Shown here: positions 1-12,086 of the stretch, in pieces | Position numbering within the stretch: position 1 is the first letter of the stretch | How the letters are laid out: each line of letters opens with the position of its first letter | Assembly (NCBI RefSeq): GCF_004010195.1 | Contig: NC_057717.1 | Location: 101,931,845 to 101,995,844 of the forward strand | Length of the DNA stretch: 64,000 nt | DNA from: Chiloscyllium plagiosum | Lineage: Eukaryota | Direction: 5' to 3' | Notes under the pieces: generated by a model | Told to the model about the DNA's origin: nothing | Seen by the model: the letters and a program-made list of their open reading frames with translations, nothing else | Database searches by the model: none | Program-made: the position numbers and the translations under genes

Positions 1-170
1 ATCACATTTCCGACGCCCCTCCCCCAAGTCCCTCCTCCCTATCTTTTATCTTAGCCTGCTGGACCAACTTTCCTCATTCCTGAAGAAGGGCTAATGCCCG
101 AAACGTCGATTCTCCTGTTCCCTAGATGCTGCCTGACCTGCTGCGCTTTTCCAGCAACACATTTCCATCT
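1..170 (+). mobile_element. Penelope-like element 3' end (family 1) with hammerhead motif
   Basis: CTGAAGA-A-GGGC-TAAT-GCCC-GAAA-CGTC at 80-107; near-identical to 26482-26575. Confidence 0.7.
76..111 (+). ncRNA. Minimal type-I hammerhead ribozyme motif
   Basis: Core CUGANGA...GAAA intact, 4-bp stem II, palindromic ACGU in place of helix III, GUC cleavage triplet. Confidence 0.6.
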
Positions 171-316
171 ATGTGGTCATAGAACCCCCACCAGTGTGGA
201 ACCAGGCCTCTGGTCCAACAAGTTCACACTGACCTTCCGAAGAGTAACCCACCCAGACCCATTTCCCTCTCCTATATTTACCTAACCTATACATTCCTGA
301 ACACTATGGCCAGTCC

Positions 317-481
317 GGCAAAAGTAGGTACTGCAGATGCTGGAGATTAGAGTCAAGATTAGAGTAGTGCTGGAAAAGCACAGCAGGTCAGGCAGCATCT
401 GAGGAGCAGGAAAACATCGACTTTCCTGCTCCTTGGATGCTGCTTGACCTGCTGTGCTTTTCCAACACTAGTCTAATCTTG
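317..481. mobile_element. Family-1 inverted-repeat insertion inside an HE1 fragment
   Basis: Arms tggaaaagcacagcaggtcaggcagcatc / gatgctgcttgacctgctgtgcttttcca; TSD actatggc(c/t)agtcc at 303-316 and 482-495. Confidence 0.7.
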
Positions 482-774
482 ACTATGGCTAGTCCACTTA
501 ACCTGCACATCTTTGAACTGTGCAAATCTTTCTTCCCCTCAAAGAATTATCCAAGTCACAAATGCACCAATTAATTGTCATTTCAGGCAATGCATTTCAG
601 ATTAAAACCGGTCTCTATATAAAGGAATTCACTTCTCCCCTGCTCAGGTCTTCACCCCCGCTAGTTTACAAAGTATTACGATATATTAACTCCACAGAAA
701 CAGGACATTTAGCCCCATAGATCCAAGCTTTAATCAATCCTCCTCCCAACTTCCTTGCTGTAACATCATTAATG

Positions 775-985
775 AAGGTAAAGGTACCAGGATCCTGGAG
801 GGCTGCTCTGTCATTAGGGAAGGATGACTGCTGGTGGTCCAAGGGTCACCGCATCTCTGGCGAGGGGAGAGGATGAGAAGGTGGGACGTACACGGTAACC
901 TCAGTTGGTGTGGATATTGAACCTGTGCTGTTGGAATCGCTCTGCATCGCAAACCACCGGTCTTGCCAACTGAGAAAACCAAACC
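775..985 (-). mobile_element. Old tRNA-derived SINE (family not verified)
   Basis: Related copies at about 5258-5470, 12140-12315, 24135-24330 and 28945-29060; A/B-box-like head on the minus strand. Confidence 0.55.
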
Positions 986-1132
986 CCTCCCATCAATACA
1001 TCTTTCCTATCTCACCCATAGCTACCTAACTTCCCAACTATGTCACTCATTTTAACTACTGAGGTAATGAATACTAGGTTCTCATATCTGCGTATATAGA
1101 AGTTTTGCTATTCTTTTTCTGCCACCAGTAGA

Positions 1133-1470
1133 GTGGCACAGCCAGGTGGTTCATTGGTTAGCACTGCTGCCTCTCAGTATCAGGGACCCAGGTTCAATTC
1201 CTGCCTCAGGCGACTGTCTGTGTGGAATTTGCACATTCTCCCCGAGTCTGCGTGGGTTTTCAGGTGCTCCGGTTTCCTCCCACAACCCAAAGATGTACGA
1301 TTTGGCCATGCTTAATTACCCGTAGTGTTCAGGGATGTGCGGGTTAGGTGCATTAGTCAGGGGTAAATGTAGGGTGGTAGGGGAATGGGTCTGGGTGGGC
1401 TACTCTGCGGAGGGTTAGTGTGGACTTGTTGGGCCAAAAGGCATGTTTTCACAGTGTAGGGATTCTCTGA
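1133..1470 (+). mobile_element. HE1-type SINE
   Basis: tRNA-like head (ggttagcactgctgcctc...ggttcaattcc), central conserved domain, CR1-like tail. Confidence 0.85.
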
Positions 1471-1680
1471 AAACTGCAGTCCTCATATGGTCTCACTTCC
1501 ATGTGACTCCAAACCCACAGCAATGTAGTTGATTCATAACTGGCCCCTGGGCATTTAGAGTTGGGCAATAAATGCTGGGCTGGCCAGCAATACCCACGTT
1601 CTATGCAGGAGAAAGAAACTAACAAACCAATAAAAATTACAAGTACGATTTGCTCAAGGCCACTGGTTTTTTAAGAATAC

Positions 1681-1864
1681 CTCGGCTACATCGTCTGCTG
1701 TTTGTCCAAGAGTATGGAAGACTTTCTTGGAATAGGGAAGGTAAAGTTGCCGAAACATTTTTGCTGTTTCTTCATCCGTACTGGAGAGGTCCATTTTAGC
1801 AGCATCCTCATACAATTTGGCTTCAAACTCAGTGATGACTGGTCCTGGCTCAATGAGACTGATG
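1681..1864 (-). CDS. RDH8-like SDR paralog, exon 5 (exon 6 presumably outside the window)
   Basis: (N)ISLIEPGPVITEFEAKLYEDAAKMDLSSTDEETAKMFRQLYLPYSKKVFHTLGQTADDVAE; 184 bp, tag/gtatt. Confidence 0.93.
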
Positions 1865-2180
1865 CTAAAGGAAAAGGCAAGAACAGTGCATCAGCATGGC
1901 CAACTATGGAGAAATAATGTAACTACAGGTTAGATGGACATAATGGAATAATGGAAGGGTATGTCAACAGAAATACTAAAGTTTCCAACATACCTTTCAT
2001 CATTGGCATACCTCTACAATACAAAGACACATTTTGTCCTGAAGTAGATTGATGGAATTATGCCAGAGGAATTGGTGTAGGCTGGCATAATTACAACATT
2101 TAAAAGGCATCTGGATGGGTACACGAATAGGAAGGGTTTAGAGGGATATGGGCCAAGTGCTGGCAAATGGTAATAGATTA

Positions 2181-2361
2181 TGATTTGGAGGAGCCAGTGT
2201 TGGACTGGGGTGGACAAAGTTTAAAAATCACACAACACCAGGTTATAGTCCAACAGGTTTAATTGGAAGCACTAGCTTTCGGAGCGCCGCTCCTTCACCA
2301 GGTGGTTGTCTCCGAAAGCTAGTGCTTCCAGTTAAACCTGTGGGACTATAACCTGGTATTG
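2181..2361. mobile_element. Family-2 inverted-repeat element with hammerhead-like motif, inserted in a CR1 tail (about 2054-2443)
   Basis: Arms accaggttatagtccaacaggtttaattggaagcactagctttcgga and its reverse complement; 12-bp TSD ggtaatagatta at 2169-2180 and 2362-2373. Confidence 0.7.
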
Positions 2362-2604
2362 GGTAATAGATTAATTGAAATATCTGGTCAGCATGGCCGA
2401 GTTGAACTGAAGGGTCTGCTTCCCTGCTGTACAGCTCTGACTTCTAAATACATTCCTTATGAATGACCAAGTACCGGCATGCCTGGATAGCTCCAAGACA
2501 CTCCATCTTAAAATGGCCTCAAGTTATTATCTCAATACAACATGAACCAGTGGCAGTATAAGCATTGTAGCTCACCTGATTTCTTTGAAAAAATGTTTAT
2601 TCAA

Positions 2605-3043
2605 TCAACCTGAATGTGGAGCAGGTAGGATTTGAACCTGGGTCTCCTGGCTTGGAGGTAGAGACACTGCCACTGCATTGCAAGAGCCCTCAGAGCTGCA
2701 CACTAATTTTTTTAAAAAGTGAATTAGAGAGAGAAACAATGCACTCCAACCCCTGTGGTGCTCACCTCTCTCTAAATGTAGCTTACCTGAATTTTCTCTT
2801 TGTATTTTTGAATAAACCTGTTCAGAGATGCTACTACACACCTTTGGAGCAGGTGGGGCTTGAACGCAGGTCTGCTGGATCAGAGATAGGGCCACTAGCA
2901 CTGCTCCACAAGAACCCTTATAGCTCCCTAGATTCTTGTTCCTTACCCAACCTGTTCAAAGATATTATTACGTACCTCTGAAGGAGGTATGACTTAAATC
3001 CAGGTCTCTAGCTTCAGAGGTAAGGACACCATAAGAGCCCCTA
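2605..3043 (-). repeat. Three copies of a ~105-bp tRNA-like SINE unit
   Basis: Minus-strand unit agggctcttgtggtgcagtggtagtg...ccaggttcaagtcccacctgctcca (consensus); more copies at 17934-18150. Confidence 0.6.
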
Positions 3044-3170
3044 AGAAGTCCCCTGATCTTTCTTTAGCAACTAATATTCAGAAATGTTCTTCCACAAACC
3101 TGAATGTGTCATTAAATCACCCAAACACCTGGAGTATTGTTATTTCATCTATTAACCACCATCAGTAAAT

Positions 3171-3475
3171 AGCACTGCTGCCTCACAGCGCCAGAGACCC
3201 GGGTTCAATTCCCGGACTCAGCTGACTGTCTGTGTGGAGTTTGCACATTCTCCCCGTGTCTGCGTGGGTTTCCTCCGGGTGCTCCGGTTTCCTCCTACAG
3301 TCCAAAAGTGTGCAGGTTAGGTGAATTGGCCATGCTAAATTGCTCGTAGTGTTAGGTGAAGGGGCAAATGTAGGGGACTGGGTCTGGGTAGGTTGCTCTT
3401 CGACGGGTTGGTGTGGACTTGTTGGGCCGAAGGGTCTGTTTCCACACTGTAAGTAATCTAATCTAATCTAATCTA
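3171..3475 (+). mobile_element. HE1-type SINE, slightly 5'-truncated
   Basis: (aatct)n tail; 10-bp TSD atcagtaaat at 3161-3170 and 3476-3485. Confidence 0.9.
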
Positions 3476-3861
3476 ATCAGTAAATCAGGTGTATTTTCTA
3501 ACTGAACCATTTGCATGCAGGTTGACTTGAACTCACCTCTCCTAGCTCAGGGATGGAAAATCACTCCTCAAACACAAGAATCTCAAAGTTCAACAAGTGT
3601 ATAAACTACACCTATGATTTGTGACACTGAATTCTATAAGGCTAGCAAGCTTATGGGCTATTTTGAGATAAGGTGATCTTAGCTAAGCAAAGTGAGACGT
3701 GCATATGCTACATATCAGATCAGCGTCATGCAACTAGGGAGGTGAAGAAAATATAAGTTTATTGAACACACCAGATGTAAATGAAGCCTGAGCCTTTTAA
3801 AAGGATGGAATTCTGAATTTTTTTTTTAAACTTCTGGTTCAAAAATCTTCAATGCTCTTAC

Positions 3862-3955
3862 TTTATATTGAATTTTAAGGCTTGAATTGCCAAACTTTCA
3901 CAGAAACCCTCCACAGCAAATTTTGATGCTGAATAGACATCGTTGAAGAGAAGAC
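3862..3955 (-). CDS. RDH8-like SDR paralog, exon 4
   Basis: (G)[30 protein letters not shown]; YxxxK catalytic motif; 94 bp, cag/gtaag. Confidence 0.94.
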
Positions 3956-4096
3956 CTGGAAATATGAAGAACAAATGATGTTATTCCCAGCCAAATGAAA
4001 CCGAAGTTTAAGTTTGACAATAAAATGTTATGCGTTCCATACTGCAGACACATTAAATGTCACTGAGCTGATGGGACATCAAAATCTTCAACCTAC

Positions 4097-4276
4097 CGTG
4101 GATTCCCATAACGCTACTCATGACGACAATGTGGCCCTTCTGCCTTCTTTTCATGTCAGGTAAAATCTCCTTCACCAAACGAGTCAGACCAAAGAAGTTT
4201 GTGTCAAACACCATTTTCATGGTGTCTAAGCTTTGGCACTCAACTGGTCCGATGAGTCCCATTCCAGCATTACTCA
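4097..4276 (-). CDS. RDH8-like SDR paralog, exon 3
   Basis: (V)SNAGMGLIGPVECQSLDTMKMVFDTNFFGLTRLVKEILPDMKRRQKGHIVVMSSVMGIH; 180 bp, tag/gtagg. Confidence 0.94.
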
Positions 4277-4493
4277 CTAAAACAAAGAGAACAATCAAGT
4301 GCAATTTAATGATTTTGCTCAAATAGATGTTATCATGAACCAGAAACAAATGTAAAATGTTATCCCCCAAAAGTGTGGAACTGATTAAGACTTAGAAGAC
4401 TCAAAAAAAATCAAGTTTTCATAATGCTAACTACCTATGTGAACTTGTTCTTCCTAGTTACCTGTGAATGGAGGTGAACTAACGCTACCATGG

Positions 4494-4812
4494 AAACCCT
4501 GCAGTGTGGAAAGCAGCCATTCAGCCCATCGCATCTGCGCCAATCCTCCAAAAGCATCCCACCCTGATGCAGTACCCCCAATCTATCCCTGCAACCCTGT
4601 ATTTTTACCATAGCGAATTCACCGCACCTAGACACGACAGGGCAATTTTAGCATGGCTAATCTATCTAACCTGCGCATTCTTGGACTGCGGGAGGAAACC
4701 GGAGCACCCAGAGGAAACTCAGGCAGATTCCGTACAGACAGTCACCCGAGGCTGGAATCAAACCTGGGTCTCTGGTGCCGTGAGGCAGCAGTGCTAACCA
4801 CTGAGCCACCAT
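4494..4812 (-). mobile_element. HE1-type SINE
   Basis: Reverse complement of the HE1 consensus seen elsewhere in the window. Confidence 0.8.
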
Positions 4813-5614
4813 GCAGCCCATAGCCCTGGTTATGATGTGTTTAGGAAACTTTAACAGAGCTATGAGACAAAGATCAGGTCAGTGGGAATAATTAGATAGC
4901 TTTTTGATTGAACCTGTAGAGGCACCATCCTCCTATGTTGTATTATGCTGTGGTTCTTTCTGAAAAAAAACCCTATGGAAAAGTAGCTGGCCTCCGCTGC
5001 CTTCCACAGCAGTGGAATTGAAGCAATATACTTGCTGCAGCGAATTCTGTGTCCTAATTTGCTTTGTTCCCACTCTGAGAGTAATCTGTAGAATAGAATT
5101 GTGTTCAAGAATTTGAAGTCAAATTAGGGTTTGGCTGGGTTAAGAGCTAGAGGTGGGTTTCAAATTAGTCTGAATTGCTTGAGGTTCGGATGTAGTTATA
5201 GTTAGCTTTACCATGAAGCTGGGGCTTTAGGTTTAGAACTAGGGTTGGAGTTGTATTATGTCACCATTGTCTTACCAGACCATAGGGGCTGCTCTCTCAT
5301 TAGAGAGAGAAGCAACTGGTGGTGATTTAACCTTGAGTGCCACCAGACTTCAGGCAAGGGAAGAGAGATTGAGAAGGACTGTCCTTCATTGTAACCTCAA
5401 ACCAGTGATGGGAATCGAACCCACGCTGTTGGCATCACACTGCTTTTAAACCAGCAACTGAGCTAAACTGATTTCCAGGATTGAAGTTAGGATACAGCTA
5501 ATTATGTTCAAGGGTGACTTGATTCTATTCAATTGCTTTTTTTATTATTTCAATGAGGAAACTTTAAAAATGAATTCATCTTGTGTTTCTTTCTTTTTGT
5601 TTTATAAACCTCAC

Positions 5615-5776
5615 CCAAAATGTCCACTTTTTGTCCTGGAATACTGTTCACACATTTGCAGATGGAATCTTCACTGCAAACATCAAGTTCTTTAATTTCC
5701 AGCATGTTGTCCAATGTCTCGCGTGCCGCGTCTTCCAGTTGTTTCTTCTTGCCTAAATCTCGCATTGTTGCAATAA
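5615..5776 (-). CDS. RDH8-like SDR paralog, exon 2
   Basis: (V)IATMRDLGKKKQLEDAARETLDNMLEIKELDVCSEDSICKCVNSIPGQKVDIL; 162 bp, ag/gtgag; same size and phase as rdh8 exon 2. Confidence 0.93.
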
Positions 5777-6079
5777 CTCCAACAAAATAAAGTTAAACTG
5801 TGGCATCTTATTTGTGGCGATTCTTTTTGATGTAACATAGAGCCACTTGGTATACACAGAACATATTTCATATTCTAAACATAAATAATGGTTTATATTG
5901 TTTTCATTTTATATCAATACAGAGTTGGAATGAGTATTGAGCTTAAAAAGTGATCAGTTGACCCAGTTTAATAGTGCAATAATAGTCACCAATGCAATTT
6001 AACAGTAGAATCCATGTTGTAAAGCACATAGAGGGAGTTCAAGTCATATCCATTCACAAGATAAGGTTTAGATGAAGTT

Positions 6080-6620
6080 ATAGAACATAGAACACAGAAC
6101 AATACAGTGCAGAACAGGCCCTTTGGCCCTCGATGTTGCGCCAATCTGTGAACTAATCTAAGTCCATCCCCCTATACTATCCCATCATCATCCAAGGATT
6201 GTTTAAATCTCCCTAATGTGGCTGTGTTAACAACATTGGCAGGCAGAGCATTCCATGCCCTTACCACTCTCTGAGTAACAAACCTGCCTCTGATATCTGT
6301 CTTAAAGCTACCACCCCTCAAATTGTAGCTATGCCCCCTCAGCATCCTAGGAAAAAGCATTTCACTGTCTACCCTATCTAATCGTCTGATCATCTTATAT
6401 GTCTCTATCAAATCCCCCCTTAGCCTTCTTTTTTCCAATGAGAACAGACCCAAGTCTCTCACTCTTTCCTCGTAAGACCTTCCCTTCAGACCAGGCAACA
6501 TCCTGGAAAGTCTCCTCTGCACCTTTTCCAATGCTTCCACATATTTCCTGTAATGGGGCGACCAGATTGTACAAAATATTCCAAGTGTGGCCGCACTAGT
6601 GTTTTGTATAGTTGCAGCAT
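6080..6620 (-). mobile_element. CR1-type LINE 3' fragment
   Basis: ORF 6172-6669 WSPHYRKYVEALEKVQRR...RLRGDLIETYK, the CR1 ORF2 C-terminus; (ttctat)-type tail. Confidence 0.88.
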
Positions 6621-7301
6621 GAGCTATACTGTGAACTGTTCTGAATTCCTCTGAACTGTTTTGTCTCACCTTAGCTGAATATCAGTTTAATCCATGTTAC
6701 CATTCCAGCTTATTTCTCAAATGTGTGTACTTTTCTCTGTGATCATCTTTCTTAGTAACTGAACACAAATGTAGTCAGTCCATCAAACCAGCTTTGCTTA
6801 TTAAAGGCTCATTTTTCTATCTCACCTTTAGTAACCTCAGAATATTCCAAAGTGCCTTGTCACCAATGAAATCCTTTTTGAGGTACAGTCACTATTGTGG
6901 AAACAGGACAGTCAATTCATGCACAGCAAGCTCCCACAAACAGTAATGGAATAACACCAGATAATCTGCTTGACTGTTGTCAATTGACAGATAAATATTG
7001 GTCAAGGCGATGTTATGGTCTTTAAAAGAGTGTCATAAGATGTTTTCCAACCACCTGAGGCAAACAGTCAGAAATTCAGTTCAACACCCCGCCTTCAAAG
7101 CATCATGTGGGAAGTGATGGCCCAGTGGTATTATCGCGATATTATTAATCTGAAGAGGCAGGTAATGTTCTGGGTAAATAAAAATGGATGCTGTAAATCA
7201 GAAACAAAAACAGAGATTGCTGGAAAAAGCTCAGCAAGTCTGGCAGCATCTGGGAAGAGAAGTCAAAGTTAAAGGTTTGGGTCCAATTACCCTTCCTCAG
7301 A

Positions 7302-7605
7302 ATATCCTTCTTATAGCTGGGAGACCAGAATTGCACGCAATATTCCAACAGTGGCCTAACCAATGTCCTGTACAGCTGCAACATGACCTCCCAGCTCCTG
7401 TACTCAATACTCTGGCCAATAAAGGAAAGCATACCAAACACCTTCTTCACTATTCTATCTACCTGTGACTCCACTTTCAAGGAGCTATGAACCTCCACTC
7501 CAAGGTCTCTTTGTTCAGCAACACTCCCTGGGACGTTAGCATTAAGTCCCACCCTGATTTGCCTTTCCAAAGTGTAGCACTTCACTATTATTGAAATTAA
7601 ACTCC
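7302..7605 (-). mobile_element. CR1-type LINE fragment (inverted part)
   Basis: QRDLGVEVHSSLKVESQV...LYRTLVRPLLEYCVQFWSP. Confidence 0.85.
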
Positions 7606-8112
7606 GTGCAATTTTGACCTTCCTTCTATGGGAAGGATGCTGTGAAACTTGAAAGGGTTCAGAAAAGATTTACAAGGATGTTGGCAGGGTTGGAGGATTT
7701 GAGCTATAGAGAAAGGCTGAACAGGCTGGGGCTATTTTCCCTGGAGCGTCAGGAGGCTGAGGGGTGACCTTATAGAGGTTTGTAAAATCATGAGGGGCAT
7801 GGATAGGGTGAATAGTCTAAAACTAGAGGGCATAGGTTTAAGGTGAAAGGGGAAAGATTTAAAAGGGATCTTAAGGGCAACATTTCTCATGCAGAGGGTG
7901 ATGCGTGTATGGATTGAGCTGCTGGAGGAAGTGGTGGAGGCTGGTACAATTACTATATTTAAAAGGCATCTGGTTGGGTATATGAATAGTAAGGGTTTAG
8001 AGGGATATGGGCCAAACACTGGCAAATGAGACTAGATTAATTTAGCATATCTTGTCAGCATGGATGAGTTGGACTGAAGGGTCTGTTTCTGTGCTGTACA
8101 ACTCTATGATTC
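7606..8112 (+). mobile_element. CR1-type LINE 3' fragment
   Basis: Begins at the VQF region, continues to the gaagggtctgtttctgtgctgta tail. Confidence 0.85.
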
Positions 8113-8302
8113 TGACACTCGGTGCATATAACCTTTGCTTTGCTTTGCTTTAAATATAGCATGTGGGCAACTCAGAATTCTGTGCAGGAACAACACACAG
8201 TAAGCCATTTCCGATTGAGATAATTGGGATAAATTGTTTCAGTCAGGTGTTGAACCCGTGGAATTCTCTGCCACAGAAGGCTGTGGAGGCCAAGTCATTA
8301 AA

Positions 8303-9068
8303 TCATACAGTACCGAAACAGACCCTGCGGTGCAACCAGTCTACATCGAATATAATCCCAAACTAAATGAGTCCCACCTACCTGCTCCAGGCCCATATCC
8401 CTCCAAACCTTTCCTATTTACGTATTCATCCAAATGTCTTTTAAACGTTGTAACTGTCCCTACATCCACCACTTCCTCAGGAAGGTCATTCCACACACCC
8501 TTTGTGTAAAACGTTTACCTCGTCTTTTTTAAATGTCTCTCCTCTCATCTTAAAAATGTGGCCCCTAGTCTTGAAATTCCCCATCTTGGGGAAAAGACAA
8601 CTACCATTAGCCCTATCTGTACCTCTCATTACTTATAAACTCCTATCAGGCCACCTCTCAACCTTCTACGATTCAGTGAAAAATATCCCCCAGCCTATCC
8701 AGCTTTCTTTATAACTCAAGCTTTTCATACCCAGCAACATCGTGTCAAATCCCTTTTAAAGTCTCTCCAGCTTGATAATATCCTTCCTATAACAGAGTGA
8801 CCAGAACTGGACAGTACTCCAGAACAGGCCTCACCAATGTCCTGTACAACCTCAATATAAGATCCAAACTCCTGTACTCAAAGGACTGAGCAATGAAGGC
8901 AAGTCTGCCAAATGCCTTTTTAGCTATCCTCGCTACATGTGATGGAAACTTTAAAGAATTATGTACGTGCACCCCCAGGTCCTTCTGTTCTACAACATTA
9001 CCCAAGCCCCTACCATTGCTTATTGTACCAAAATGCAATATTTTGCATTTATCCAGATTGAACTCCAT
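8303..9068 (-). mobile_element. CR1-type LINE 3' fragment nested in an older + strand CR1 tail
   Basis: ORF 8787-9068 MEFNLDKCKILHFG...LYRTLVRPVLEY. Confidence 0.85.
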
Positions 9069-9999
9069 TAAGTAGTTGAGTATATTTCAAGAGAGAGATT
9101 TTTAGAATCTATGGGTGTCAAGAGGTATGGTGGCAGGGGTTGGGGGGAGTAGGACTTTTGAGGTAGAGGATCAGTGATGATCATGTCAAACATTGGAATG
9201 GGACATTGGGTTTACTCCTGCTTATATTTCCCATGTTTAGTGAGATATAGGCAGTTACATCCAGGATTGAACAACAATTTCATTTACATTATTACATCTC
9301 TCCCAATCTTCAGTCGTCCCTTTTATAAAACTTATCTCCTTGATCATCCAAACTCCCCCCGACTCCAAATCCCAACTTGGTTCTTTCACCCAAATTGTCA
9401 AACAGCTTTTGATGTTTTACTGTGTGAAGGCAAGTTAAATGTCAGTAATGAAGGACTGACACTCTTACTAATAGTAATGTGCACCAGAGCTCTAAAAGCA
9501 AGTTCTGCATTAACACCGGTTTTAACTGATCGTCGGTAAGGGCAAATCGTAGTATCTTAAAAATGTATAGTTCAATGAGGCCATTCAGCCCATTGTGTCC
9601 ATGCTGACTGACAAATTGCTATTCAGCATAATCTCATGTTCAGCTCTTCTTCCATTGTTTTATAAATTATTCCATTTTGAATGCATGTCCATGTATGGGA
9701 GGAACCTGATTTACAAACATCTGACTTACGAACACGTACTAATGCATGCGATCTCATATAGGTTGCAGTTTTAAAAGTCAGACATAGGGGCTTTTCCGAA
9801 TGGCTGCTTTACATTATCCTGCACTGTGTCCTGACCTTGCGAGTAAATCTGCACCCGTTCAGAACCCAGGGGTGGCCTCCTTTTCTTTTTAGAAGTTGTG
9901 GGGGTTCCTGTCTCTATCACACTTTCAGACTGAGAGTTTCAGAACTGCAATCCAACTGGGTCAAGAGATCTCCCTTCAAATTTTGTTTCACTTTGTGGG

Positions 10000-10840
10000 A
10001 GGACCATGAACAGCATTGATGTACAGAGAGATCTGGGGGTTCAAGTCCATAGCTCCCTGCAATGTGGCCACTCAAGTAGATAGGGTGGTAAAGAAGGCTT
10101 GCCTTTATTGGTCGGGGAATTAAATACAAGAGTCAGGATGCCATGTTGCAGCTTTATAAGATTTTGGTTACACAGCACTGACAGTATTGCATTCAATTCT
10201 AGTTGCCACATTACAGGAAGGATGTGGAGGCTTTGGAGAGGGCGCAGAAGAGGTTTACCAGGATGCTGCCTGGATTAGAGGGTAGGACAATAAGGAGAGA
10301 CTAGAAGAATTTGGGTTGTTTACTCTGGAGTGGTGAAGGCTGAGAGGTGACTTGATGGAAATCTATAAAATTATGAGGTGCATAGATAGGGTTGATGGTC
10401 AAGATCTTTTTCCCGGAGTTGAAATGTCTAATACTGGCAGGCATGCATTTAAGGTGAGGGGGTGAAAGTTCAAAGGAGATGTGAGGGGCAAGTTTTTTTA
10501 GGAGGGCTGATGAAGGGCTTTTGCCCAAAACACCGATTTTCCTGCTCCTCGGATGCTGCCCTGACCTGCTGTGCTTTTCCAGCGCCCTCTAATCTTGACT
10601 CTAATTTCCAGCATCTGCAGTATCCACTTCTGCCAAGAATTTTTAGGAGTCTGGAATGTGCTGTCAGGTGGAGGCAGATATGGTAGGAGCGTTTCAGGGA
10701 CTTTTAGCTAAGCACATGAATATGCAAGGAATGGAGGGATGTGGACCAAGGATAGGTGGAAGGGATTAGTTTAATTTGGTGTCATGTTTGGCACAACATA
10801 GTGGGCTGAAGGGCCTGTTCCTGTGCAGTATCGTCCTACC
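10000..10840 (+). mobile_element. CR1-type LINE 3' fragment with family-1 insertion (about 10500-10635)
   Basis: CR1 C-terminal motifs; embedded ctgatgaagggcttttgccc. Confidence 0.8.
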
Positions 10841-11079
10841 TTGTTAACCCCCCTGCCTGGAGGTAATGGAACTGTCAGTCAAGGAGTATGGACATAGAAA
10901 GAGCTAGAAAATACAACTAAACTGGAACGCCCATCTCCTGGTACAGACATGGTGGTCACAATGATGTCTTTCTGTGCTGGAATTTTTAATGTACATTTTT
11001 ATGTACATTTTCACAACATAACCTAAAGATCTTGCTTCAATATTAACTCTTGGTTAGAACACAGCAGAAGCTGTCTTAC

Positions 11080-11176
11080 CTTTGAATCGTTTCAACTGAT
11101 CTTTTGCTAGTTTGACTGCCAGTGCCAGGCCAATACCTGAGGAACAGCCTGTGATTACAACAGTTCTTGGAGACAT
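11080..11176 (-). CDS. RDH8-like SDR paralog, coding exon 1
   Basis: MSPRTVVITGCSSGIGLALAVKLAKDQLKRFK; Kozak-like cacc-ATG; TGxxxGxG; 97 bp, G|gtaag. Confidence 0.92.
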
Positions 11177-11411
11177 GGTGGGTTTTCCTGTTGTGGACTA
11201 TTTCAAACACAGAAAAAGATAACAGGGTGTGTAAGATTCTGCCTTTTGATTCTGAACTAAACAATCTGTACATAGATTTGTGTGTTAAACAGAAAAACTT
11301 GCATTTGGTCCTGAGAAATACAGGGCTCTTCACAAATCCATTTGCAAGCTTAATAATTGGTTATGGTGATTTATTTAACTTTTCTAAAAAAAAGCTCTCA
11401 GACTGGTTACT

Positions 11412-12086
11412 TGTGATGATGCTACTTCTTTAACAAGGTTTACTGTTCCTTGGGCTTTTGTTTTCAGAGAGGTCATGAAGCAGTGATTCTGAAAAGTCTG
11501 GGTTTGAAGGGTTTTAGGGCCAATTTGAGTATAGCCAACAGATACTGCCTCAGTAAAAAAGGCTTTCAAGTTAAAAGAAAAACACTTGCACAATGAAAGG
11601 GGAGTGCCCAGTTCTCCCAGCTCAGCTTTTCTCTGGTTTGGTTTGGGTTAACAGTCTGGCTGTAGACTGAAAGCAGGCAGTCAGTTTTGAGGCTGCTGCT
11701 CTAAGGAGCAGCTACATGGAAGAAAGTGTTCCACGCTGAATCTCTCTGCCATCTCTCTCTCTCCTGTAAGGCACTGTGTTTGATTTTACCTTTTGTGCCA
11801 AGGGGTGTTTATGGGGATTGTTGTGAATATCGGGAATGGCATCATTAAGTTGGGATAATCTGTTGGGTTGTTGGAAAGGTTAAGTTATCCCATATCCTAT
11901 TCTCTTTTGTTTGTGCTTCATTCAGTAATCTCGTAAATAAATTGTGTTTTGTTTAAAACTAAATAGTTTGACCAACTGCATTACTCCTGGGATATTTGTG
12001 TTATACCTGCTTAAAACAACTCGCAGAGTTAGGGTCTGGGCTACTGTCTTGAAATGTTTTGAGGGGCTCTAGCCTGGTCTATAACA
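11412..12086 (+). mobile_element. Solo LTR (Gypsy/ERV-like)
   Basis: TGTGAT...ATAACA termini, 4-bp TSD TACT (11408-11411, 12087-12090), AATAAA at 11936-11941; 675 bp. Confidence 0.7.

Noticed and set aside
94-285. Recurrent peptides such as MPETSILLFPRCCLTCCAF and VAQWLALLPHSARDPG in many ORFs
   Set aside because: Chance translations of non-coding family-1 repeats and HE1 SINEs, not a protein family.
1-1680. Search for exon 6 of the RDH8-like paralog
   Set aside because: No RYQTN/YTP-like coding segment found; mostly repeats. The exon is probably outside the window, so the gene is not called a pseudogene.
1681-11176. Calling the left gene HSD17B1
   Set aside because: It shares the exon structure, but motifs such as SSVMG..G..FNDVY closely match the adjacent rdh8; left as RDH8-like pending phylogeny.
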